From IMG/VR virus record IMGVR_UViG_3300029922_000049: a DNA stretch of 64,000 nt. The stretch is one strand, 5' to 3'. The notes beneath the pieces are model-generated. The model was not told the origin of the DNA. It made no database searches and saw only the letters and a list, made by a program, of their open reading frames with translations. Below are positions 50,178 to 59,531 of the stretch, in pieces. The DNA is from an uncultured virus (IMG/VR IMGVR_UViG_3300029922_000049). Lineage: Duplodnaviria; Heunggongvirae; Uroviricota; Caudoviricetes. The position numbers were made by a program, and so were the translations under genes. Position 1 is the stretch's first letter; every line of letters begins with the position of its first letter.

Positions 50178-51045
50178 AAAAATATAAAGAATTTATTAAC
50201 GAAAATAGAGCATATGGAGAAAATTATGCATCCAATAATATGGATTTTAAATTTTTCATATCATTGGAAGATGCAGATGAAAAAAGACAACAAGAAGCAT
50301 TTGATGAATTTAGAAAATATGTGACATTAGAAACTCACAATATAAAAAGTTTATTAATTAGAGATAATGATACTGATTGGAAACGTTTCTCAGTAGATAA
50401 AAATAATTACTGGGTATGGTATATTCAAGTATATGAAAGTTGGGGCAATTCTGCAATACCAAGAGATACAATAGATTTTTTAAAACTGAGATCTGATGAG
50501 ATGAGAGGTGAGAATAACCTTATAATTTCATTAGATAATTTCCTTATAATTGGATTAGAAGGAGTTGAAACACTTTATAAAATTAAGAAAGATGCAAATA
50601 AATTTAACCTATGAAAAAATATAAACAATTCATCAATGAAAGTATTTCTGATAAATTCAGATTTGCTGTTGATATAACAAATATCACAGATGATCAAATT
50701 GATAAATTATTTGATATGATTTACAAAAAATCTGTAAATTATGATGAATATTCAGAATTTGGAAAATCAGAATTATTGAGTCTTAGATACAAAAAGGATA
50801 TTTTTGGAAGTAATTCTTTCTTTCCTTGGGCTTTAGGATTCGAGATTACTGATTATTTTAATCGTTGTAGAATAGATATATCAACAGTTACAACACCACG
50901 TTGGGGAGCAGGATATACTTATATGGAATGTATATTATCGTTAGATGAATTCTTTAAAGTTGGATTTGAAGGAGCTGAAGAACTTGTCAAAGCAAAAGAA
51001 GAAATTATCAACATGAAAAAAGATGCAAATAAATTTAATATATGA
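50174..51045 (+). other. Two paralogous MKKYK(E/Q)FINE...DANKFN(L/I) CDSs (50174-50614, 50611-51045)
   Basis: Shared terminal tags and F.F...SLD.F...G.EG core. Confidence 0.8.
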
Positions 51046-51434
51046 AAAAATATAACCAATTCATTAATGAAAATAATTACATATTAATTGATAGTAAAGA
51101 TATGATACCTGAATCAGAGCCTAATATTACATTTGTTATTGATAAAAGTACAAATAATACAATTGATAAGAAAAAATCCGCAATAAATGAAATAAAAAAA
51201 CATGTTAAATTATATTCTTGGAATGAAGAATTTTTAATATCAACAAAATATTCATAGGAGATATCATTGTATTATGATATAAATAATACTAATTATATTA
51301 AAATTTCAGGTATAGATTTCGGTAGTTCAGTAAAAGTAAATTTAATATCATTAGAAGAATTTTTGTTGGTTGGATTAGATGGAGTTGAAAATTATTTTAA
51401 ATTAAAAAATGACGCAAATAAATTTAACCTATGA
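51042..51434 (+). pseudogene. MKKYNQFINE family member split by an in-frame TAG at 51255-51257
   Basis: The frame continues past the TAG to ...ISLEEFLLVGLDGVENYFKLKNDANKFNL*. Confidence 0.8.
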
Positions 51435-51796
51435 AAAAATATAATCAATTCATTAATGAAAGTTCTAAAAATAAATTCAGATTTGCAATAAATATTGAAG
51501 GCATAACAGACGAACAAACAGAACAACTTATTGATAAACTCAAAACATATAATCTAAGTTATAATGACGAACATACTATAAGAAGGAATGTTAAAACTCC
51601 AGGCTATTATGCAATAATTGTTGAGGTTTCAAAATATTCAGAATATTCAATATCTATCAGTTCTGTTTCTACAAGAGGTTGGGGTGATGGAATAGATTAC
51701 ATGCAAAATATGCTATCAGTTGATGATTTTTTAGCTATATCATTTGATGATATATATGACGATATTCAAACTAAAAATACATGCAAAAAAATATAA
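51431..51796 (+). CDS. MKKYNQFINE family paralog
   Basis: Similar to 50611..51045 (KFRFA...WG.G..YM). The alternative frame at the 3' end gives HAKKYNI*. Confidence 0.75.
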   Translation: MKKYNQFINESSKNKFRFAINIEGITDEQTEQLIDKLKTYNLSYNDEHTIRRNVKTPGYYAIIVEVSKYSEYSISISSVSTRGWGDGIDYMQNMLSVDDFLAISFDDIYDDIQTKNTCKKI

Positions 51797-51799
51797 CAT

Positions 51800-52343
51800 A
51801 TGAAACATATTAAAAAAATTGAATTCTACAATACAAAAGAATTTACACGTGATTCAGAACCAGAAATAAATGATTACGTCAGACTCAACGAAGATTTCTA
51901 TGAATCTAAAATACCTGAATATTTTACCCCTAGAAAAAACGATACTGACTATAAATATAGAATAGGTAAAATAATATCTATAGAAACACACAGAATACTA
52001 TAACGTTAAATTTGATAAATATGAATTGTGGAATAACAATTTTTTAGTTAAACGTGAACAAATAAAAAGCTATTCTAAAAAAATTGAAGATCTGGAAAAT
52101 CTACCATCTATTGGAGATTATTGCTTACTTGGTTGGAATAATACTGAATTGTGTAAAGTAATAAAGAAAGAAAGAATTGAAAATTTTAGATGGGCTTCAA
52201 TTGATTATGAAGTTAAAAAAATGAATCCTGGACCTCACGACGGACCAGGAATTGTTAAAACTGATGATGGATCAATGAAGTATTGGTCAAGTTCTATAAT
52301 TGATATGGAATCAATTATAGCATCAAAGAAATTTAATTTGTAA
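51800..52343 (+). pseudogene. Probably one frameshifted gene (51800-52003 plus 52026-52343)
   Basis: MKHIKK start tag on the first part and ASKKFNL end tag on the second. Frame changes at an acacac run near 51985. Confidence 0.6.
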
Positions 52344-52362
52344 CTTAGGTGGGAGTCGAACC
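52338..52362 (-). pseudogene. 3' remnant of a tRNA gene
   Basis: Minus strand reads GGTTCGACTCCCACCTAAGTT-A-CAA (T-loop plus acceptor 3' strand) with no 5' half. Confidence 0.65.
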
Positions 52363-52391
52363 ATCTCATTTAGACATTTCAATATAAGACA

Positions 52392-53330
52392 TTATTTTAG
52401 CCACTTCTTAACTGTATTGCCAGTCACACCATAAACTCTACCAACAGCTTCTAAACTTGTATCAGATATCATTAATCTTAATTCATCTTTAGTTGGTCTG
52501 TTCATTACTTTTCTTTCAGATAATCTATAACACTCATTGCACTGATTTGATCTGGTTTGAATTTCTTTGCCGCATGAGCAAATATTTTTTATTGATGGAT
52601 ATTTTTTTCTAATTTTAATTTTTTTTGTTGATTTATTTTGAATTTCTTCTTTTTCTATTAATTCTTTTTCTATTAATTCTTTTTCTTCTAAAATTATACT
52701 TTTTATTTTTTCACTGTCATTAAAATTTATATCATATTCAAACATGATATTTTTTATTACATTATTATCACCTCCTCTTTTTAATCCTATTTTTATTTTG
52801 ACTTCACTGTAATTTTTGGAATTGGAAATAGATTCCAATAATTGTATCTTATCATATGTTTTCTCTGTTCCTTTATTTTTAGATCCATATGTATCTGTTT
52901 GTGTGTGACAATTTGGACATAATATTTTTAAATTTTCAAATTTATGATTTGTACTATCACCATCTTTATGATGTAATTGTAAAGCAATTGGCATATTATT
53001 CCATTCTGTCAACCCGCATTCTTCACATCTATTTTCTTTTAGTCTATCTTTAATTAATCTTTTCTTTAAATGAGTTGTGCCATATGATGGATGCAAACCA
53101 TCTAATATGTCATTTAATGGTATAGCATTTTTTGTTTGCTTATAATTATCTCCAAAATTCCATCCTTGCCCAGTAAAATGATCAATGTTTATATTATATA
53201 ATTTAATATATTTTTTTACTGTGAGAATATTTCCTCCTACTGGCACTAATCCAATATTCTTGCAAGTGCTTGAATAAGAAAATGATTTTTTAATAACTTC
53301 TTCAAATTTTTCTTTATTATATTTATTCAT
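52392..53330 (-). CDS. Free-standing HNH endonuclease
   Basis: CEECG...LQLHHKDGD..N...NL.ILCPNCH, plus C-terminal Zn finger and HTH. Confidence 0.92.
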   Translation of the reverse strand: MNKYNKEKFEEVIKKSFSYSSTCKNIGLVPVGGNILTVKKYIKLYNINIDHFTGQGWNFGDNYKQTKNAIPLNDILDGLHPSYGTTHLKKRLIKDRLKENRCEECGLTEWNNMPIALQLHHKDGDSTNHKFENLKILCPNCHTQTDTYGSKNKGTEKTYDKIQLLESISNSKNYSEVKIKIGLKRGGDNNVIKNIMFEYDINFNDSEKIKSIILEEKELIEKELIEKEEIQNKSTKKIKIRKKYPSIKNICSCGKEIQTRSNQCNECYRLSERKVMNRPTKDELRLMISDTSLEAVGRVYGVTGNTVKKWLK

Positions 53331-53355
53331 ATACTTTTTTTATTGTATATATAAA

Positions 53356-53397
53356 AAAGTGTGAGTCAATTTTTTTAATAAAATTGGCTCACACTTT
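53356..53397 (-). terminator. Hairpin at the 3' end of the tRNA array
   Basis: aaagtgtgagtcaattt...aaattggctcacacttt inverted repeat, followed by a T-run on the minus strand. Confidence 0.7.
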
Positions 53398-53398
53398 G

Positions 53399-53488
53399 TA
53401 TTCCAGGCGGGATTTGGACCCGCAGTGTGTCATTAACTGTATTAGATCCTAAATCTAACGCGTCTCAACCAAGTTTCGCCACTGGAAC
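53399..53488 (-). tRNA. tRNA-Leu (TAG)
   Basis: Acceptor GTTCCAG/CTGGAAT, anticodon arm TTAGA-TTTAGGA-TCTAA, long variable arm, A73. Confidence 0.9.
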
Positions 53489-53496
53489 ATGTATTG

Positions 53497-53570
53497 TAAC
53501 TGAGATGGGAGTCGAACCCACAAAATTCACCTTTTGAGGATGACATGGTTACCAATTACATCACTCAGTC
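53497..53570 (-). tRNA. tRNA-Leu (CAA), short variable loop
   Basis: Acceptor GACTGAG/CTCAGTT, anticodon arm TCATC-CTCAAAA-GGTGA, T-arm GTGGG-TTCGACT-CCCAT, A73, 74 nt. Confidence 0.85.
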
Positions 53571-53577
53571 ATTATTG

Positions 53578-53663
53578 TACTGATGGTGGGACTTGAACCC
53601 ACATTCTTACTTTGTTCAGAAACAGTTTCTTAGACTGCCGCGTATTCATTCCGCCACATCAGC
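53578..53663 (-). tRNA. tRNA-Leu (AAG)
   Basis: Acceptor GCTGATG/CATCAGT, anticodon arm GCAGT-CTAAGAA-ACTGT, long variable arm, A73. Confidence 0.9.
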
Positions 53664-53674
53664 ATGTTTTATTG

Positions 53675-53757
53675 TATTCCTGGTCGGACTCGAACCGACA
53701 CGCCAGTGGGCAAATTCTTTTAAGAAATTTATGTACTACCAATTTCATCACAGGAAC
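53675..53757 (-). tRNA. tRNA-Leu (TAA)
   Basis: Acceptor GTTCCTG/CAGGAAT, anticodon loop CTTAAAA, variable arm GCC-CACT-GGC, T-loop TTCGAGT. Confidence 0.92.
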
Positions 53758-53765
53758 ATTTTTTG

Positions 53766-53851
53766 TACTCTGAGCGGGATTCGGACCCGCATTGTTTCTT
53801 AATGTAATACTTTTTAAAAGTATCGTGTTTCGCCAGTTTCACCACCAGAGC
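53766..53851 (-). tRNA. tRNA-Leu (TAA)
   Basis: Acceptor GCTCTGG/TCAGAGT, anticodon arm ATACT-TTTAAAA-AGTAT, long variable region, A73. Confidence 0.88.
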
Positions 53852-53861
53852 ATTTTATTAT

Positions 53862-53900
53862 AAAAGAAAAACCTCAATCAAATAAATGACTGAGGTCTTT
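53862..53900 (-). terminator. Attenuator terminator (3:4 hairpin) upstream of the tRNA-Leu array
   Basis: ACCTCAGTCA-TTTATT-TGATTGAGGT followed by TTTTCTTTT, about 10 nt before the first tRNA. Confidence 0.9.
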
Positions 53901-53921
53901 TTAATATGCTTATATTATTTG

Positions 53922-54014
53922 TTACAATAGATATGACATAGTACTCTCAGTCCGATTATTTTGTAATAATAGGTTTAAGAGTAGCAAGTTCATTATGTTA
54001 TTGTAGTTTTTCAT
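53922..54014 (-). CDS. Leu-rich leader peptide (30 aa, MKNYNNIMNLLLLNLLLQNNRTESTMSYLL)
   Basis: ATG at 54014 to TAA at 53922. Codons TTG CTA CTC TTA AAC CTA TTA TTA. Below the ORF-track size cutoff. Confidence 0.85.
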   Translation of the reverse strand: MKNYNNIMNLLLLNLLLQNNRTESTMSYLL

Positions 54015-54068
54015 ATCAGTATATATTCTTTAAAAAATATGATTTTTTTCTATTTTTATTATGTAGTA

Positions 54069-54100
54069 CAAAAGTACGGAAAAGTTTTCAATTCACCAAA
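54069..54100 (-). promoter_or_regulatory. Bacteroidota primary-sigma promoter for the leader/tRNA operon
   Basis: TTTG(54100-54097)-N20-TACTTTTG(54076-54069). Confidence 0.85.
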
Positions 54101-56332
54101 CTTTTTATTGAAAAGTTTTATCTTTTTTATATTCATTATTTACAATAGCATCAAGAATCTTTTTTTGTCCTTTTTCAGAAACATCATCAAAAGGAAAATC
54201 TTCTCCCATTTCTAAGCAATATACATCATTTTTATATGTATAAATCGCTTCAACTTCTTGGTTATTTGTGAATACGCATGGCGTAGTATGATTCTTACCT
54301 AATATTTCTAAAATTTTTTGTTTCATATTTTTATTTTTAATTAATTATTCGGACCAACTTCATCAATTCCGATAGATTTCAAATATTTTAAGCATTCAAA
54401 TTCAGTTTTAAACTTTATTGGTTTATAAGAATTATTATAATCTCTTTTTATTTTTCTTATTTTTTTAAAATTTTCATAGAAATCTTCATTATCTACTTTA
54501 TATATCAAGTCATGATCATCAAAATAAGGATATTCATAATTAAAATATTTTTCATTATATAAAGTGACGTATATTTGTTTTTGTCTTGTTTCGACGTTAC
54601 ATAGTAATCTTACATTTTTATATAATTTATCTTGCATTTGTTCGTGTACTGTTTTGAATTCATTTGATAATTTTACATCTTTTTTATAATCAATCATATA
54701 TCATTCAATTCTTTTAATTTTTCAATTCTTAATTTATTTAATTCAAATTTTTCTTTTATTTCTTTTAAATATATATTTAGTTTATCAAATTTTTCCCGTA
54801 TCTCAATGAATTCGATTGTATTATAACTTATATTATAAAGTATTCATTCCAAAGATAAACTTTTTTTCTCTAAAAATACAATTTCATTTTCAATATCTTT
54901 AAATTTCATGATATATTATTTAATTCTTTCAATTTTTCGATTCTTAATCTATTTTCTTCTAATTTTTTATAAAGTATATTATTTTCTTTTTTGAGTTCAA
55001 ATTTACGATATATTAAATTAACATATTCTTTATCAATCAATCTATTACTATTTAGCATTACGTTAAGGTAAAATATTCTATTATCATTAAATAAAATTTT
55101 ATTTACAATATCTTTTGATGTCATGATTAATATATTTTTATATTAAATTATTTCTCCTCTTTTTATTTCTTTTCTTCTATTTATGATATTTACTTTTTCA
55201 TGAATCTTCATTCTTATATCATCTTTAGAAAATATTTCAGATTCAATATGACCATATATTTGGAATATAAATTTTGGAATTGTTTTTATAATTATAGGGC
55301 CAAATATTAAATATTTAGGATGACTAGCATAAGTAGTATTATAGTAAAAATATGTTTTTTCACCACAATTATCTTCAACTTGATGATATTGATATTTTTT
55401 ACCATCATATACAATTTCTTTATATTTTGGATCTTTATAATCTTTAAAAATAAAGGTTTTATTATTTAATTTTTTAGTTGTCATATTATAGTTTATTAAT
55501 TTCTAATATAGCTTCTGCTACATATAAATATTCAATTTCTGTATTATCATATTCAAATGTTCTATTTTCATCTCTATAGTATATTGATTGACCTAACAAT
55601 TTACGAATACAAATATAGTTATGTTTAATTCTTGATTTAAAAACATCGCAATCAGGATAAAGTATTTTTACTTTATCTATCAATTCTTTTGTAATTTTAC
55701 TCTTGCTCATTTTTTGTTTTTGATATGTGTTATTTTTTCAGTTACTACTAATAGCTGACTAATATCTTCAGCAGGTGAAAACAACCAAGATGTTTCATTA
55801 AAAATATCTTTAATTGTATCACATCTATTAATTATGAGACTAATTGCTTTTTTGAAATCTTTTTCTGTTATATGTGTAACAATAACTTCTTGATTATCAA
55901 TTATTTGTATTTTACTTTTCATATTTTATTGTAATTTATTGTTTTACAAAGCAGTCATTAATCCAAAATGTTTTGGTATATAAATATGAAGGATTAGTAA
56001 AACATATTTGTTGAATTGTTGCGGTTTCCATCCAAATCATTCTACCTTTTAAAATTAATGGGTACCATAAAAATTTAGTTATTAATCTTACGTCTCCATG
56101 ATCACCAAAATTCTTATTTTTTCTAAAATCTATTTGCATACAATTTTTATTTACGTTTCATAAATTTATTCATCAATCATAATATAAATGATAGACTCTA
56201 CAATTAAAAGTGCACATATTGCTATTATTGCTGACATAATTTATAGTTTTTAATTTGAATAAAATATTGAATACAAAGATAAAAAAAAGTCCTCACATAA
56301 GCAAGGACTTTTTCATTTATTTTCATATTATT

Positions 56333-56650
56333 TTAAACTTTTTCTTCTATATCAGGTAGTTCATCTTCTTTTAATTCTTCTATATTAGGTATTTCATCTT
56401 CTTTTTTTGTTTTCCAAATAAAGTAGAATAGACTTAAAGAAGTAAGAGAAGCAGCAACAAATACCACATCGATAAAATTAATTGTTGAATGTTGAGTCTG
56501 TAATGTATAATATGCATTATCATTAGTAAATTGCTGAGCAGCTGCTGCTGAATAATCTTGTGATGCTTTACGTGAGATTAACTCATGTGATACTCCGAGA
56601 AAAATCAAAAGAATAAAAACCAATAAAGATTTAAATAATTTATTTTTCAT
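56333..56650 (-). CDS. Two-TM membrane protein coupled to the SPFH gene
   Basis: Two hydrophobic helices. Start overlaps the upstream stop. Confidence 0.65.
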   Translation of the reverse strand: MKNKLFKSLLVFILLIFLGVSHELISRKASQDYSAAAAQQFTNDNAYYTLQTQHSTINFIDVVFVAASLTSLSLFYFIWKTKKEDEIPNIEELKEDELPDIEEKV

Positions 56651-57600
56651 TATCGTTTTGTTTTTGATGTGTTACTCATACTAGTTAAGCCATACAATTC
56701 AAGAAGTGAGAAATTTCCACCAGCGATTGTACTTGGCACTTGAAGTTTACCATTTTTAAGTGCATCAGCAAATGCTAATTTAATTGCAATATCTGCATCA
56801 AGATGACTCTGAGCTTCAATAGCTGCTTTTGCTTGTGCAAACTTATTGGCTGAAATTACTTTATTCTGAGCAGTTTGTATATTCATTTCAGAAGAATATT
56901 TTTCATCAATAGCATCTTGAATAGCTTTATTTTCATATGAGAATTGTCCAGCAGAACCAATATTCATAATTTTAATACCATATAAGGCAAAATGTGCAGA
57001 TACATCTTTAGCCATTTGAGAAAATACTACACTTCGTTCATTTTGTCCTTGTGTTAACGTTCTATCTCCAAATGCTGTAGTTAAGCAAGTTTGAACATAT
57101 GCTCGAACATCACTATCCATCAAATCTGATAAAGATCTTCCACTATAAGAATATAAGAATAATGTAGCCCATTCTTCTGGAATTGATGCAGTTGCAGTTA
57201 TACAAACTTCAAATCCGATTGATTCTCTAGACTCTACTTTAATTGCATCATTTGAAGTTTTATTCGAACCTCCACCTGCTTGATTCCATTCACGTGTAAC
57301 AGGAGTTCTATTTACAATAATAACTGTATCAGAAGGCATCCAATAACCAGAATTATTACCTCTACCAGTTTTTTGCCATTGTGTAGGAATGTAAATTCGT
57401 TTTGCAACTACTTTGTTCTTTTCCAAATAATCCTGAGATTTTAATTTAGTTTGATTAGTTTGAGTTCCATTCTCCAATGGAATAAGGTAAGCTGTTTCGT
57501 TAGGTTTAACCTCAACGATTTTCTGCTTTTGATAAGGTTTCATACAGGATGACATTAATGATACTACAAGCACACATACTAAAATCAATTGTTTTTTCAT
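56650..57600 (-). CDS. SPFH/band-7 family lipoprotein
   Basis: Lipobox-like LMSSC, band-7-like core, C-terminal Ala/Gln coiled coil. Confidence 0.7.
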   Translation of the reverse strand: MKKQLILVCVLVVSLMSSCMKPYQKQKIVEVKPNETAYLIPLENGTQTNQTKLKSQDYLEKNKVVAKRIYIPTQWQKTGRGNNSGYWMPSDTVIIVNRTPVTREWNQAGGGSNKTSNDAIKVESRESIGFEVCITATASIPEEWATLFLYSYSGRSLSDLMDSDVRAYVQTCLTTAFGDRTLTQGQNERSVVFSQMAKDVSAHFALYGIKIMNIGSAGQFSYENKAIQDAIDEKYSSEMNIQTAQNKVISANKFAQAKAAIEAQSHLDADIAIKLAFADALKNGKLQVPSTIAGGNFSLLELYGLTSMSNTSKTKR

Positions 57601-57652
57601 ACTTTTTTGTTTTTTGTTTTTAATAATTATTATTTATGTTTAATTGAGGATA

Positions 57653-57684
57653 CAAAGATAATACATATTATTTTATTTACCAAA
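57653..57684 (-). promoter_or_regulatory. Bacteroidota primary-sigma promoter
   Basis: TTTG-N20-TATCTTTG upstream of the SPFH gene. Confidence 0.8.
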
Positions 57685-57729
57685 CATTTTTCATTATTTT
57701 TCATATAATAAATTAAAATAATTTATTGA

Positions 57730-58521
57730 ATGTCTAAAATAGAGAACGATAAGTATTATACCCCAATAGAAATTTCTAAATATTGTATTGATAAAACATT
57801 TGAAATACTTAATAATGATATTATTACAGATATTATTGAACCAAGTGCTGGTAATGGCTCTTTTTCTAATCAATTAAATTGTACTGCATATGATATTGAA
57901 CCAGAATCTAAAAATATAATTAATCAAGATTATCTACAATTAAATATACCATATAAAAAAGGTAGATTAATTATTGGTAATCCTCCTTATGGTACTAAAA
58001 TGTTTTTAGCTAATAAATTTTTTAAAAAATCAATAGAACTTGGAGATTATATATCTTTTATTTTACCAATTTCTCAATTAAATAACGTTGCAAGCTTATA
58101 TGAATTTGATCTTATTCATAGTGAAGATTTAGGTTTACAGTATTATACAGATAGAAATATTCATTGTGTTTTAAATATTTATAAAAGGCCAGAAAAAGGA
58201 TTAAATTCTAAGCCTGATTTTAAAATGAAGGACTTGACTATAATAAGAGAAACTTATAAAGGCTATAATGATATTGATAATTTTGATTTGAGAATGGTAT
58301 ATTGGGGATCAGGATGTGCAGGAAAAATATTATCAAAAGATGATAAAAGATATGCTGGAGAATATAAAATATTTATACATAATGATAAATTGAAAAGTAG
58401 AATCATTGAAGTTTTATCGAATACAAATTGGAAAAATGAAATAAAAAATGTTGCTATGATGAGAATTAAACATTATCACATATATAATGTATTAAAAAAA
58501 GAAATTCCTGAAATTTTATAA
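57730..58521 (+). CDS. Orphan N6-adenine (or N4-C) DNA methyltransferase
   Basis: YYTP, IEPSAGNGSF (motif I), IGNPPYG (motif IV). Confidence 0.88.
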   Translation: MSKIENDKYYTPIEISKYCIDKTFEILNNDIITDIIEPSAGNGSFSNQLNCTAYDIEPESKNIINQDYLQLNIPYKKGRLIIGNPPYGTKMFLANKFFKKSIELGDYISFILPISQLNNVASLYEFDLIHSEDLGLQYYTDRNIHCVLNIYKRPEKGLNSKPDFKMKDLTIIRETYKGYNDIDNFDLRMVYWGSGCAGKILSKDDKRYAGEYKIFIHNDKLKSRIIEVLSNTNWKNEIKNVAMMRIKHYHIYNVLKKEIPEIL

Positions 58522-59531
58522 CTTCAGGAATTTATTTTTATTTTAAACAAATTGATTTAAAATCTTCTAGTATTTTATCCAATATTTCACTTTCATGAAT
58601 CTCATCATATATTTCTCCTGTTTCAAAATTATATGGAATTGCATACACATCAAATTCACCATCTACAATAGAGTATATACAAACAAAATCATTATTAATG
58701 TCTATTGATTCAGGAAAATCTAATGACATAAATACTTTTTTTGCACCTTCATTAAAATATTTTTTAGCTCTATTATAACAAGATTCAACATCTCCTCCCA
58801 ATGCTAATGCATTCATTTCAAATTTACCATCACTGGTTTCTACAAATAATTGAAATGGATAATGTCCATAACATTCTTCACCGTCCATCAACTCAATTTT
58901 AACTAATTGTTCTACAAATTCTTTTACGTTTTTCATATTTTATTATTTTTTATGTTATACTCAAGTTCTTCTAATTTATTTTTTCTTAATAATATGGTAA
59001 TATTTAAAATTTCATTGTTATATGTATTTGTATATCTTGATTTTAATACTCTTAAATTATTTGATACTATTGATATTATTAATGATGTCATAAATGATAA
59101 TGTATAATTAAAATTAAAATTATGCTTACTATTAGAGTATTTACTTAAAAATATTATAATACAACTAGAATTAAGAAATAAATTTAATTTTACATTATTT
59201 TTTGGAACAAAAATACTATCAAAAAAAATTATTGTTTTTTCATTAATATTTTTTATGAAATTATTTAATTTTTCGATATCTGATAAATATTCTGTGCCTA
59301 TTATTATTCTATATCCAAATTTAATAAAATCTTTTTTGATCATTATTAAAAAAGATTTACTGATAGAATCCATAATTAACTCAATATAACTTCCTTTAGA
59401 TTGTTCTATTGCATTTAATATATCTTCATAACTCATAATAATTATTTTATAATTTTAATTTAGATTATATTTTTTGATATAAGTCAGGAGAGTTGTAAAA
59501 AATATAGAAAATTATATAAATATTTATAATT

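Noticed and set aside
51255..51257. Genome-wide TAG recoding (genetic code 15)
   Set aside because: Long genes are intact under code 11 and TAG ends several ORFs (e.g. 9843, 15150, 19387). Only one internal TAG was found.
53593..53802. 69-aa plus-strand ORF
   Set aside because: It is the antisense of tRNA genes.
53675..53851. Suppressor tRNAs
   Set aside because: Anticodons TAA and TAG read the Leu codons TTA and CTA. Suppressors would need TTA, CTA or TCA anticodons.
53860..54060. T-box riboswitch upstream of the tRNAs
   Set aside because: No T-box consensus (AAnnnGGnTGGnACC-type bulge) or stem I is visible. A translated Leu-run leader explains the region better.
57730..58521. Complete restriction-modification system
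   Set aside because: No adjacent restriction endonuclease is recognisable. It appears to be an orphan methyltransferase.
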